From Octopus sinensis (lineage: Eukaryota): a DNA stretch of 64,000 bases. Numbering within the stretch: position 1 is the stretch's first letter; each line of letters begins with the position of its first letter. Below the pieces are notes generated by a model. The model had not been told where the DNA came from. It ran no database searches and worked only from the letters and a program-made list of their open reading frames with translations. Positions 1 to 13,569 of this stretch are shown piece after piece. The position numbers and the translations under genes were made by a program. The stretch covers positions 123,442,001 to 123,506,000 of the forward strand of contig NC_042999.1 in the NCBI RefSeq assembly GCF_006345805.1, in the 5' to 3' direction.

Positions 1-3000
1 CATGCTGCCTAGACACTTCACATCAAACCTGTGCTGATTCCATGAATAAAAACCTCAGAAACATTATCACCAATGGTGTTGTGAATATCTTGTCTCTTTC
101 AACAAGATGACAACACAATGACTATACACATATCAAGAAAGCATTGTCAACTTTCATGTCACCTCAATAACAACAGTGGATAGCTAGGGCCATTGATGTC
201 AAACTAAATGTTAGTCTCATCGTCCCTGTGAATCTCTCCTGGTTATATATATCATAAACATACCCAAAAGAACTCCTTTCCTCCTGAGAAAGATAAAATA
301 CTTTAGCCCTGAACAACTAATTTTCTATAAAACTCAGGTGAGGCTCACAATGATGCATTGCTTCTATATCTCTCCCAATTCAACTGTTGCATAACATCCT
401 AGACTGTATCCAAAGAAAAACCTTTGACTGAACAGATACTCACCAACATTTCAATCTCTGAAACACCAACATCTAGTTCTTCTTTCTTTTCTACCATTGC
501 TATAGTATCCTCTTTCCTTAGGCCTGAATATTTCCATGTATCATTCACTAAGGTACTCCTTACTTATTTGTTTCTCCTCCTCTCACTATTCATATTGTCT
601 CTATTTAACATTACCCCAAAAGAAATCAAAGAAGAAAAAGATCCCATCCAATGATATCTGGAAAAATTTCTTCAAGGGATACCAGACAAGCCATTTATAT
701 CTGGATACATCTCAGTCAGTAAAATCTTCCAGCTTGAATGGGCTATGATGCCACAAAACTTGACTTAAAAATGACTTCATAGATTCTATCATGTGTGTTA
801 TTAATTTATACATGACAGAAGCTGACTTTTGGCCAGAAGATATATTAAGTTTATCTAAATGTATCTTTTCTGTCAGACTTCACACTAACACTCTAAATAA
901 ATTTAAAATTATGATGATGATGATGACGACTCTCAAAAACATTTGAAATTTAGATATAGAGACCAAGAATTTTAAAACAATTGCAGATAATTTGGTAATA
1001 TATTGGTATTACAATTATTATGGAAAGGCTATAGTATCTCAGTGAGTTGAATTTATAACCAAGTTCTGATTTTTACTTGAAGACATTTTAATTTTCTTAT
1101 GTGAGTAATGCCTTTGCAAGGTCAGATATTACAGCTAACACTCCCTATTATCTTGAAATAAAAGGGTACAACTTATTGGTGGATACCTTTAATAAAGAAA
1201 CAAGAGGTAAATGATGCAGATATAATGATTCAGTCTATTTATCAAACTTATGAGATAAACATTAACTGAGGTTATAAAAGTATTTTTAACGATATATGAG
1301 TGAAATAACTGAAATAATTTCAATTTTATGTTGAGCAAAATTGTAACAATTTGCAAATTTGTTTTTATGACTGCAAGACAGAATCTCTAAATGCTAACTT
1401 GTTTGTGACAATACTTCAGTGGTAAATTTGAGAAAGAAATAAAAGAAGAAAAATGAAACATTGTATGTTTTGTCATATGATACAAGAAATGAGGTTTAAA
1501 AAGCAGAAAGGATATTTAAACAAAAGTGGAAGAGAAGGGAGAATAGAAAATATCAGAAAATTATTTATAAAAATAAATAAATCTAGTCTTACAACAAAAG
1601 GAAAATTTTAAGCTTTGAGCACTTTTGTTTTTCCTTATGAATTACAGATATCTTTGTAAAGATGTCATTGTGCCTTGTAGCAATTTCCAAAATTATTCAT
1701 ATTTTCTGGAAACTATTTCAGAAACAAAAATGTCTTAGATATCTCATGGGAAAACGTTCCACATAAAATACTGCTGAATTTACATGAAGAATATAATGCT
1801 GTAGTAAATCACAGAACATAAAATATAAAAAAAGTCTCATAATGAGTCAATTTATTCCATGATTGGAAAACTGATATAAACGCATTTAATTCTGAAATTA
1901 TATTATCATTTCTTGCACAAATATATACCCTTATATTTAGCTCTTATCTTCCAGTGAGACACAACACCATAGAGGACTACAGTAGTCAGCCTTTTCCAAA
2001 ACACATGATATCAAAAGAATCATACTAAATTTGATTACATTCATATAAAAAGAAGTGAGAAACTCACTAATGCAACAGAAAAAAAATCTAATGTCTATTA
2101 TGTTTCCCTTCTGTTCTATATCAGAACAATTACAGGACAGGGTTTTCAACTTGAAAAATTTTCAATAAGCTCTTTTGAGTTAAGGAACACAGTGAGTTGT
2201 GACACATATGTCTTCTAAAGGTAATAGGGCTTGCTTCACTTTTTGCCAACTGCTGTATGTGTCAACATATAAGAGGGGACATTTTCTATTCTTAAATGTA
2301 ACAAAAATTTGTCATGCATCTAATGTAACTGTATTACAGATGAGACAGTCTATGAGTGTATGATGAAACATTAAATTTGTTTTTCTACAAAATATACTTG
2401 TTCAGTAGGGGTGCACCTTATTCACTGGCAACTACAATATGTAAAGTATTCCATATTTTACTTATTCATAAAACTTGAATAATCTTTCAAGAAGGAATCA
2501 CTTTGAAATAGGATTAATAATTATCCAAGTTGTACCTGTTGCCAATGGTAAACCACAACTTGTAAACTCTCTCATGTAAAATAACCCACTTTAATAAATA
2601 TCTGCATTCATTTAACTTGTCTATTTTCATTTAATTTAACATATTTTAATTTACATCTTTGTTTGTTGTAATTGGTAAAGAAATAACATTTTAAAAACGG
2701 TTTCATACACCATGTGATTGTAGGTCTCAGTAAAACTATGAAGAGTGGTATAGAGGTTATGGCTATGCTACTCCAATTTCAGGGTGTAGATGTTATGCCA
2801 TTCAGAGCATTCCAGGAGATCTGGACCTATTCCTCACAGAGCAGCCAACGAGCATCTAAAATTGTCATCTTTCCAAATGAGACAATGAAATGTTTGTAGT
2901 AAATTAAAGCATAAAACATGGCAGTTCAGAATTCTGATGATTCAAGGAATTCACTTGTACACCACATCATTTATAACAATTTGTATCAAACAATTTTATA

Positions 3001-3058
3001 CAGAATTAAATGACATGTTTTTGCAATGTTATAATCACATTATCTTATTTATGAATCT

Positions 3059-3485
3059 TTCCATGCAATATCATTAACTCATTAAATTGTTCACATATCC
3101 TTCCCTGTAATGTCATTATCTCATTAAAATGTTAACAAAACTTTCCCTGTATTGTCATCTTATTAAATTGTTCACAAAACCTTCCATGAAATCTCTTTAT
3201 CCATTAAACTGTTCACAAAATCCTTCCTGTAATGTCATTATCTCATTAAAACTTTCCCTGTGATGTCATTACTTCATGAAATTGTTTGCAAATTCTTCCC
3301 TCCAATCTCATTATTCCATTAAATTGTCCCCAAAACATCGTCTGCAAGTTAATTAATGACACAAACCTTGTTCACAAACCTTCCCTGCAATGTTATTATC
3401 TTATTAAATTGTTTGCAAATCCTTCCCTGCAATATCATTGTCTCATTGTCTAGTTCACAAACCTTCCCTGCAATATCATTATCTT
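3059..3485. repeat. Degenerate minisatellite, ~41-42 bp unit, ~11 copies
   Basis: Recurring unit TTCCCTGCAATGTCATTATCTCATTAAATTGTTCACAAACC with diverged copies and no unique spacers. Confidence 0.85.
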
Positions 3486-4589
3486 TTCTGTAACATCAGT
3501 GTTCTGTTGGTAACCATAATATTAACATTATATCTCAATGGTTAATAATTTAAGAAAAAAAAAATTGAGGGAAAAAACAATTATAAATCTTCTCTCTCTA
3601 CTACCGTCATATAAAAGACAATATATTGGATCGAAACCCTAATATGGAGACTTCTGATAAAAGTGCCTCTATGTTTGTTTCTTCAGGATACAATATTGCA
3701 AAAATAAGGATTATTCTACTTTGATAAATAATTCATATTATCTGTTCTTATCATCAAATATTTTCCAGGCTGTTTTTAGTTTCTGTTATCTATTAATGCA
3801 TTCCAAATATAAACCCTCCTATTGAAGTTCCATGTTATATATTCTGTCTCTCCTCTATGCTTTTTTGCTGCACACAACTAATGCATTATATTAAATATAA
3901 TGTGTTTCAATACTCCAAGCATTTCCAATATTTATTAGCATATTTTGCAATGCCCATTCTTAATAAAGTGTATAAACTATAAGATATTTCTGCAGTCATT
4001 TTCTGTCCACCTCACATTACAATACTGATATATACAATGAGAATTTGTAATAAAAAAAAAGGTTGTCAGTTAATTTTCACATGCTATATTTTAGTCTACA
4101 GCTTTTTTTAGAGAGATACCTAAATCTGTAAGCATACAATATAAAATTTTACTTCCTTGAAACTTAGAGATTCTTTTATAATCAGTATGTATTCCAAATA
4201 AAGAACTTTTATTTATATAAAATAACTGACATATCTAAAGTTAATTTGTTAAATCTTTTCTTTAATTTATTCATTTATTTATTTATTTATCTAACTTAAA
4301 TAAGTTTCATTGAAAGAAGAATAACTCAATTGAAGGAAGTGATGGTAGTTTTCAATAAAAAAACAAAAAAGCAAAATTTTTATACATGTATAAGAGACAA
4401 AAAAAGTTAATAGTGCTTTTTTTTGTTTAAATTTCAACTAGAGTTGAATTTTTCTTTGATTAAATGAAGTTTGGCTTTTGTTGACTTAGGAATTTTATTT
4501 GTGATGATGGAATCATTAAAGACCAAAACACAAGGAAAAGTTTGGATATTATTGACCCTAACTAATTAATCATTAGCCAACTGAATATG

Positions 4590-4627
<38 letters not shown>

Positions 4628-4636
4628 ATTGTTAAA

Positions 4637-5839
4637 GGTGGTGAGCTGGCAGAATCATTAGCATGCTGGATGAAATGCTTAGCGTAATTTCACCCGTTGC
4701 TACGTTCTGAGTTCAGATTTGTCGAGGTCAACTTTGCCTTTCATCCTTTCAGGGTGAATATAATAAGTATCAGTTGAATATTGGGGTCGATGTAAGCGAC
4801 TCATTTCCACCACCCCACCAAGCTACCCTTGTGGCAAAGATTTGAGATAATAATAATAATAATAATAATAATGATAATAATAATAATAATTATTATTATT
4901 ATTGTTGTTAAGGGCGGTGAGCTAACAGAATTGTTAGCGTGCTAGACAAAATGCTTAGTGGTATTTCACCTGTTGCTATGTTCCGAATCCAAATTCTGCT
5001 GAGGTCAACTTTGCTTTCCATCCTTTCGGAGTGGATAAAATAAGTACCAGCCGAACACTGGAGTTGATGTAATCAACTCATCCCCTCCCCCAAAATTGTT
5101 TCCCTTGTGGCAAAATTTGAAACTATTATTATTATTACTAAGCTGGCAGAATTGTGAGCACTTTGGGCAAAAATACTGCATGACATTTTATCTGTATTTA
5201 TGTTCTGATTTCAAATTCTGCCAAGGTTGACTTTGCCTTTCATCCTTTCTGAGCTGAAAAAAGTAAGTACCAGTTAAGTACTGGGGTCAAAGTATACAAC
5301 TTATGCCTTCCCCTAAACTTGCTGGCCTTATACAAAAATCTGAAACCATTATTATTATTGTTGTTATTATTATTAAAGCAGCGAGCTGGCAGAATCATTA
5401 GCATGCTGGACGAAATGCTTAGTGGTATTTCGCCTGTCTTTACATTCTGAGTTTAAATACTCTTGTGGTCGACTTTGCCTTTCATCCTTTCAGTGTCAAT
5501 AAATTAAGTACCAGTGAAACACTGGGGTCGATGTAATTGACAATCCCTTCCCCACCCAAATTTGAGACCTTATACCTCCAGTAGAAAGGATTATCATTAT
5601 TATTATTATTATTATTATGATTAGGGCAGCAAGCTGACAGAATTATTGACATGCCAGGCAAAATGCTTAGCAGCATTTTGTCAGTCATTCTGTTCTAAGT
5701 TCAAATGTCTCCAAGGCTGACTTTGCCTCTCATCCATTCAGGGTTGATAAAATAAGTACCAATTAAGCACTGAGGTAGATTTAACCAACTAACCCCCTCC
5801 TCTAAAATTTCAAGTCCTGTGTCTAGAGCAGAAAGGATT
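4637..5839 (+). mobile_element. Five head-to-tail copies of a tRNA-derived SINE (family A), separated by (ATT)/(AAT)n
   Basis: Copies at ~4637, 4913, 5140, 5377 and 5623. Each has an A-box-like GAGCTGGCAGAATCRTTAG, a B-box-like GAGTTCAAATTC, the body GTCAACTTTGCCTTTCATCCTTTC...AAGTACCAGT and a microsatellite tail. Confidence 0.9.
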
Positions 5840-5854
5840 ATTATTATTGTTATT

Positions 5855-6378
5855 GAGTGAGAGAGCAATGTATACCATCAAAGTGAGACTGGAGTAAAAT
5901 ATACAAAGCCCATCATAACTTCCTGTCTGATAAGGGTACACCAGGCACATGCATCACAAGCATATGTGCACGACATGGTGATCTCATATGAAGATAAACA
6001 GTGCATGACCTTGCAGGAGGGGCTCAGAATTTTCTTCAGGTCGAGTAGCCTATTCCAATTAAAAGGTCATTGAATAATGGTTTAAGGATGTTGAACGAAA
6101 CTCCCATGTTTCCAGAGGTGAATTATCCAAACCACAAAGAATTCCTTTCAACACATTGCTGTGATGCTCCCCTACTACTTCTGCTCATGATCAGTGACGC
6201 ACATAGTTTCAGCTACTAAGAAACATGCCCAACTGGTTGAGGTCAAACAACTGACAAGCAAATCTGTGGTATTGAGCAGAATATTTGCTATAACCCATCT
6301 TTTATACCAAGACAAAACATGTACATGATAACACTTCCGATCAGTTAAGATCAGGAACCATGAGAGCTACTGCTTGGT
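5855..6378. repeat. Interspersed repeat of unknown class (~520 bp) between (ATT)n tracts
   Basis: GC-richer block bounded by (TAT)n tracts directly after the SINE cluster. No ORF. The repeat call is by context only. Confidence 0.45.
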
Positions 6379-8974
6379 ATATTATTATTATTATCATTAT
6401 TATCATTATCATCACAATCACTATTTGATACTCATAGTCTGAAGCTGTTGATTTTCTTCGCTTTACTAAATGCAATTTAATCAAGCACTACTAAATGGAA
6501 TTTTCTTTGGAGATGAAAGCTTGTCTTTGATACTTAGGGATATACAACAACAAAAACAGGCTTATATTAGAAACTTCTAAAATTTTATTTACACACATTA
6601 CATTTTCACATCCAAAATGACAACCAAACATACCAACATGCAACCCAATTAATCACTGGAAAAAAACCCAGCAAAAAACACAGAGTCAAAAACGTACAAG
6701 AAGATGGAGAAAAGCCATAGCTTACAAGTAGTAATCAATTAATAGAAAAAAATGCCTCAAATACCGAAATGAATAATTCTAAAGATAGTGACAGAAGTAA
6801 CAACAGCAGTATCAATGATTACATAGAGTCAAATACTGTGATCTGTTCATACATAATTGGAGTTTTTAGACCTATTTCAGTTGCAAGAAAAATATGTAGG
6901 TGGAAGATTTTATAAAACCAAAAGGCGATAATCTAGGAGGAATAATAGAGAGAAATTATATATCTCTACTTATAAAAGGAGAGAAGCAAGCTAAATTTCT
7001 CCTCATATCAAGTAATACATGCTCTCCAAGAAAAACCAGGAGAAATTCTCTCTACTGAAAAATGACCAAGATTATTGCTCTATCTGCCATAACCTCAAAA
7101 CTGAAGACTAAGCTAAACTATAAATGAAATTGTCAGACATGTATCTGATTATATATTTGTGTCTCAACATATTACTTAAAAAACACAAGTCATAATAAGA
7201 AACATTATGAAAGATGACTAATTATCACTTTTGTATTGTTGTAAGGAAGAGTGGTCAAAACAAGGATAATAAAAGATGAAACATGGTCAAAGGATATCCA
7301 CATGAATTTGCAAGTCCTAATGATTCTTGGAGGCCATAAAACTATTTTGGAATTGTTCCTAGTAGAAGGTACTAAGAAAAAAGAATGCAAGATTAATGAT
7401 ACAGAGTAGAAAGGTTCATTGCTCTATTTATTTTTTTTAAAGCACATCTTAGAGCTGAATGCCCCAAAAAAGTGGAAAGAAGAAAAAAAAAGAAAAATGC
7501 AACTTATGAGGTTGCATCAGCAAAATGAACTACAAACTCCTGTTTTCAGAGCACTATATGCCAAACCTCTGAGAATGGCAAGTGAAATGTTTTTATGCCC
7601 ATTATTAGAAACAGAAGAACATGAACACCTTACCTCTAACAGTACCAAGCTGTAGTACCACATCGAGTACCACATTATCATCATGCAGGGGAAACCTACA
7701 AATGGTTGGTGAAAGCACAAAAGGGAAAAGAAGAAATTACAAAAAAGAAAAATCAGCATAAAATATGGGAGATGTTTGTGGTGTGAAGGAATGATTTCTT
7801 CAAAACAACAATGAAACTCCTACTTAGGAAAACAATTAATGAAGAGAATGAATATGAACTAAGATTCACCATTTTTCAAAAATCACATCACTCATACTTG
7901 CAAATATATATATAAAGAAAAACAATAAAATTAAATTGAAGTGGCTCAGGATTTCAACATGGTAACAATTATCAATAAAAGTAAAATATATAGAAAAGAA
8001 CCAAATGACTCAAAGATGAGCAAAATTTTCATAGTATTTTGATTTTACAGAATGCCTCTCATACATTGAGAATTGAATGCACTTAAATACACACACACAC
8101 ACATCAGGTGTTGAGTAATTAAAAGAAAGCTGACCATAGAACGTAATCCTATTGTGCTGCATTTTAATCACTTGAAGTTATTAAAATTTGTAGGTTTTTA
8201 ATTAATCTTAAGCTGAAAGTTTTAGAACAAAAAGGACTTTGTCACTTCAAAACTCCAAATCAAATTCCAAGTAGCAAAACAAATCTTTAAAGTTATGGAC
8301 AATCTTTAACAGAAGCAGTATCTGATGTAGAGAAAAATTAAGTAAGCAGTTTGAAATAGGTCTACAGTGAAAGTTCTTTTGGTGATCTTCACAACAGATC
8401 AGGGAAATGAGATGGCCAGAAGGTTCTGAGTTCAATCTCTACTAAAGATGGCTTTTCAAAAACAGCAGGAGGGCACCTAAAAATTATGACCTAGATGTGT
8501 CCCCAACTCTCTCATAGCATCAGAAACCAACTGGTTGAGAAACTTTCTTGGTGCAAGTTCTTTTGAAGATTTTTTCATGCTGTCAGCTTACACTTACACT
8601 TGGTACAAATTCTCTTAAACATGAAATTAGATCCATATACTTTGATATCAATATACTTAGAAAAATATTATGATGCATTAGAGTGTTTCAAGGTCTTTGG
8701 AACAGCTGAATGCCAGAAATCTTGTGACTAAGTTATAGTTTAGTTAACTCCTATTTTTTTTTATGAACATATGAATATAAGCAAGGTCTATGATTGGAGA
8801 TTACTCAGAATATTGACGCCTGAAATATTGAGATCATCATCATCATCATCGTTTAACGTCTGTTCTAAAATTTAATATTTGAAGTAGAATCTCAGCTTGG
8901 TTTAAGCTAGAAACATTTAGGTAAAGAATTGTGACTAGCAATTAAATATTGGTTTCAGGTTTTGGCACACGGCC

Positions 8975-9158
8975 AGAAATTTGGGGGGAGGGGATGAGTT
9001 GATTATATTGACACCAATACTCAACTGGTACTTAATTTTTCTGCCCTAGAAGGATGCAAAAGTCAATCTTGGAATTTAAACTCAGAATGTAAAAATGGAT
9101 GAAATGCCACTGAGCATTTTTCCCAGTGTGTTAATGTGTCTGCCAGGTCACCACCTTA
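8975..9158 (-). mobile_element. SINE family A copy
   Basis: Reverse complement matches the 4637-5839 copies (ACTGGTACTT..., TTTAAACTCAGAATGTAAA, GCATTTTTCCCAG). Confidence 0.8.
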
Positions 9159-10002
9159 ACTAGCAATTAAATATTGATTACTTATTTATTACAAGAAAAG
9201 AAATGGGGATAATTCTAGATCAAAAGAAAGTTCAGGTATAATCCGTTGACAATATGTTCAAAGGAAAAAAGAAATTAATCCTGATTAATTGTAAGTAGAT
9301 TTTTTGATTTACTGAAACACAAAAACATCAGCTTCCATAAGAATATTTAGAGCCAACAAGGATATCACTATATAGTTTTGACCTGCTTAAAATAGCAACC
9401 AAATCACTATCAACTCATATGTCTTAAAAAAACAAGAAAAATGCATTGGATGATATAGTCTCATAAATGTTGTTGGAAAAGAAAAATGAATAATTAAATA
9501 AATAAAATGGACACAGTAGAATGCTTTCAATCATAGGTTTGCTTGATCTAAGCTTACCTGGAGCCAAACGACCAACCATAAAAAGAATTTGAGATATTAA
9601 CTACCTATTCTTAGCTTTATAACAATATTCTTACTTATAGATCACATATTCATAGACTTTAGAGTCTAAAAGACTAAGGATTACAAGTGATATTGCATCA
9701 ACAGTATATACTTGTCTCCATATATCTTTGAAATAACTTTACACATTGTAAAAAGAAAAAATACCTTAAACAAGTCAGTGTCATATCTTATTGGGGTGAT
9801 GATCGTGGTGGTGGAGCAGAATAGCTGAAGATAACTAAAACTGATGAGTTGTATGACCAAAGACTGTATGTGTGTGTGAACACAGTTCAGAGGTTACCTG
9901 TACATGGTAGAGCTCAGGAAGTAAAATTATTAAAAGTGCAAATTGTTGTACCTTGAATTCCACATTATCTTCTTATATATGCAGTTTGTGTGGTATGAAG
10001 GG

Positions 10003-10468
10003 ATGGAGGAGAAAGGGGGGGAGCGAAGGAAAGATGATGAATGAAAGTGAGGAAAGGAGACGGAAGGGGAAACAAAGAAGAGTAATAAGAATGAGGAAGA
10101 GATAAATATGTAAGAAGAGGAGGAAGGGGTGAGAAGAAAGAGGAGGGAGAGGGGAGGAGCAGGAAGAGGGAGAGGAGGATGAATAGGGGAGGATGATGAA
10201 TAGGGGGAGGAGAATGAAGAGTGGAAGGAGGAGGCAGAGGGGAAGAAGTGGAGGAGGGAAGAAGTGGAGGAGGGAAGAAGTGGAGGAGGGAAGAAGTGGA
10301 GGAGGGAAGAAGTGGAGGAGGGAAGCAGGAAGAAGAAAGGGAGGAGATGAGGAAAAGAAGGAAAAAGAAGGTAAAGAAAATGGAAAAGAAAGAAAAGAAA
10401 AAGAAGGGAGAGGAGGAGAAGGAGGAAATGAAAATGAAGAAGAAACTGTAAGAGAAAGAAAAGAGTAA
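10003..10468. repeat. Polypurine (GA-rich) low-complexity tract with a 21-bp tandem subrepeat
   Basis: Nearly pyrimidine-free on +. GAAGAAGTGGAGGAGGGAAGA recurs about 4 times at 10240-10325. The ORFs here are compositional artefacts. Confidence 0.9.
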
Positions 10469-11672
10469 GTTAATGACAGAAGATAATTAATTAACTAATT
10501 GTTATGGTTCTGCACAGCAGTGGAAATGGTTTGCTAGAACCAATAAAACAAGTGAAGAATTAAGACAGATGAAGAATTAAAAATGAATAATTAAAATAGG
10601 AAGAAAATTTAGGCAAAGATGGCTTGTAATTATTGGGTGTGTTTAAATTAAGCTTAAGGTAACAACATGGGTTAAAAACTGCTTTTGGTGACCTGAGAGG
10701 AATTTAAGATGCAAAAAATTCGAAAGCTCAATTCAATATATATACAGGAAAACATCAACGTGTTAAGTGCAATGATCAAAACAGGCAACTAAATTAAGAG
10801 TAACTCATTAGTTATATAGTATCTTTTCCTGCTTATTATAGTACCTCTTGATTAACAATAACTTTGGTGTTGTACTGATGATAAGATATCATCTTCTGAC
10901 TCTAAGAGGTCAGACCCTAGAAAGTCAAACAAACTTAGGTATTTCATATTCTATTTATGAATATATAAACTTGTAAAATAAATAAACTCATCTGCCACGT
11001 CAATGATCTCTTTTATGTAGTTTTCAAACTAGTCTAAAAAGTTAACAATTGTGTCAATCATCATTATCATCAATATCAACATTTCCATAGTTTGCATGGG
11101 TGAGACAAACTTCAGAGGACAGATTTTTCTTGGGCTGGATACTCATCCTATCACCAGCTCTCACATGTTTTGAAAGAAGGTAATATTAACAGTCCAGACA
11201 TGTTTTTGCACAGTATTGTAAATAAATGACACTGCTTGTATGAGTCTGTCTGTCTGTCTGTCTAGCTATATATTAGGTCCTCGAATACCCATCTCTACAA
11301 AAAGGCATTGTTTCTTCTGTCTTTCCTGAAGAAAGCATCTTCACTGTTCACTTCCTAGAGAACTGTCATCTCTGTCATCTTTACCACCTTCCTTTCTTTG
11401 CTTCATATGCGAAGTTCAGGTTGTTTGGTCATAAAAAATGGGAAGTGAGATTTACCTGAAATCTTTTTTTTTATGAAACTGAATGCAAATTATCACTTAC
11501 TTTACTGGCAATTTTTAAAAATATATATGTATCACTAAAGAATTTTATTTTTGGTCTCTCTATGTATGTATCTTCTATTTTTTTAATTATTATAAATCTT
11601 CCACTGGGGAAGAGCTGGTTTTCAACAAAGATACAAGGCTCCATCTTTGGGATGTAGTTAACACAGACAAAT

Positions 11673-11886
11673 TTACATTTGGAATCTGAGAAAAGTTTTG
11701 CATATTTCTACTGTTCCACTCACAAATTGCACTTGTACAACTTAGCCAGTCAGTTTCTCTTTCTGAAAATCCCAGTTAATCCAGATTCTTCTTTAAGCAT
11801 TTACTATCAAAACCTAGTGCTCCAATTATCATTGGTATGAATATGAATCCATAGTCTGGATACAGAAGCAGTTGTACATAGATATC
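11673..11886 (-). pseudogene. C-terminal fragment of an RLE-type (R4/NeSL-like) non-LTR retrotransposon ORF
   Basis: Minus translation QLLLYPDYGFIFIPMIIGALGFDSKCLKKNLD*LGFSERE, then after a frameshift SGTVEICKTFLRFQM*. This resembles the post-endonuclease tail of RLE-bearing LINEs. Confidence 0.5.
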
Positions 11887-12145
11887 CTCTTTGTATGTAT
11901 GTAGGTATGTATGTGTTAATGCCAGGTCAATTTTAGAAAATTCTTAGTTCTTGAGATTATCCCCCCTTCTTATTTTGGAATTGATCCCAGAAGCACAAAC
12001 TGATTGCTTCAGGTTTCCTAGAAGATAATGTCAAGAAATTATCGTGAACAGTGCTTAATATACTCTTGTTCATTTGTTGTTCAAATTCCTGCAGCTGGCC
12101 ACTTTGACTGACTTTCTTAGCACATTTTCCTTTCATGTATGCATG

Positions 12146-12245
12146 CATGTCATTATTCAGTTTATTTCAAGATTTCTTGCCAATAGAGAAAGAACTGGTT
12201 TCTAACCTAGATCCAAGGTTTCTTCATTGAAATTTCAACATCGGC
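12146..12245. repeat. Short interspersed repeat (copies also at ~11600-11650 and 26768-26870)
   Basis: Shared GTCATTATTCAGTTT...TCTTGCC.ATAGAGAAAGA...GGTTTCTAA...ATCCAAGG...CTTCATTG.AATTTCAAC. Confidence 0.7.
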
Positions 12246-12264
12246 AACAGAGAGAGAGAGAGAG

Positions 12265-12314
<50 letters not shown>

Positions 12315-12334
12315 TGTATGTATGTATGTATGTA

Positions 12335-12750
12335 CAAGGCCTGATCAAAAATATCAGAACTGGTTCTATAAAAAGAAAACTACAACACATCCATTCAGCA
12401 TTTAATCTCCTTTGAAGTAGTCCCCTTCTGAAGCCTCACACTTTAGCCAGGATCGTTTCCATTGACAGAAACATTCCTGGAACTTTCTTTGGAGATAGTA
12501 TGCAGCTGCCTCATCATGTTCTCTTGGATTTCTTTGATGTTTCGAAATCTTGTTTCTTTTTAATTCTTGGGATTTAATCATTGCCTTGGTTTCGGGGTTA
12601 TAGCCATAGTCCCCCAATTCATCCCATTTTCAAAAAGTTTCCATTTTTATCAACATAATCAAAGAGATCCTGTACAGCTGAAACCCAAGCTTCTTTTTGA
12701 GAAGACCACATTCTACACACTACTCTCAAGCACTGTTATAGATTAATGAG
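12335..12750 (-). mobile_element. Internally deleted mariner relic
   Basis: ORF 12402-12617(-) joins the mariner motif GYNPETK to the C-terminus FQECFCQWKRSWLKCEASEGDYFKGD. The element end TA|CAAGGCCTGATCAAAAA is at 12333. The far end is uncertain. Confidence 0.75.
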
Positions 12751-13468
12751 CATGCATAAGAGAGTTCAAGGTCGATGTGTGCCAAGCAGCTCCATTATGT
12801 GTACTTTGGATTTGTTACTGTAGCAACAGCCCCAATACTTTTGGATCAGACTTTGGATACGTATGTGTGTGTATCACCAGTGGATCATATATCCAAAAAC
12901 GAAGCACACACACACACGTACACACAAATGCACACACACACACACATATATACATATAGGGATGGTTGGATAGATAAAAAAGACAAAGAAAGATGAATAA
13001 ACAGATAGATAGATACATAAACAGACAGACAGGCTGACAAACAGACAGTTTTATTAATTATGCATTCATTTTCTTATACTGAATTATCTATTTACGTTTT
13101 GGTGGAAAAAAAAAACAAAAAAAAAAACAATGTTTCCCTTCTTAAAAGTTTAAACAGACATCAGCACCTTTTTCCTATCTTGATCTAAAGCTGTTGCTAA
13201 TCAATAATTAGACAAATTTCAAGTCTTCTCAAGATATTTTTTCAGATCTCAAGGTAAAATATCATTTAATAATCAAAAGAAAAATTCCTGAGTTATCTTA
13301 CATTTTTTTTTTCTTTTCTAGCTGGCATTATTTTAATGATTTAAAAAATTTTTGTACTTCATTTTTTTTTACAGTACTTTTGTATCTCGGTTGATTTCCT
13401 TGTTTATAATCATTAAATTCAGAGATAAAAATAAAAAGAATGCAAAATAATATAATTTTGGATTCTAC

Positions 13469-13569
13469 CTGGATACACAGAATGGCAGTTTTATCTGGCA
13501 ATTGTGTAGAAAATTGATGAAAACATCCAGCAGATGTGAATTCTATCTCTCTCTCTCTCTCTCTCTCTT
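13469..13569 (-). CDS. Candidate internal exon of an unidentified host gene (phase 1 to 0)
   Basis: Acceptor ...tttaaaatcttag and donor CAG|gtagaa. The 101 nt are open: (E)EREREREIEFTSAGCFHQFSTQLPDKTAILCIQ. The phase fits the 17176-17290 exon. Confidence 0.3.

Noticed and set aside
2714-2899. GC-richer open stretch resembling an exon or a LINE tail
   Set aside because: Two frames are open, there is no clear donor site, and no motif is recognisable.
3059-3485. CRISPR-like periodicity
   Set aside because: Copies are contiguous and degenerate with no unique spacers, and there are no cas genes. The context is eukaryotic.
4637-4760. tRNA genes at SINE heads
   Set aside because: A/B boxes are present but there is no closed cloverleaf, and each head is followed by a conserved SINE body and a microsatellite tail.
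6961-7000. Helitron-like 5' start TCTCTACTTATAAAAGG
   Set aside because: No matching 3' hairpin plus CTAG terminus was found downstream.
9838-9870. CTGATGAG hammerhead core word (similar words at ~10876 and 60238 minus)
   Set aside because: No correctly placed GAAA...UH and no stems.
10193-10468. Lys/Glu/Arg-rich ORFs
   Set aside because: Low-complexity polypurine tract.
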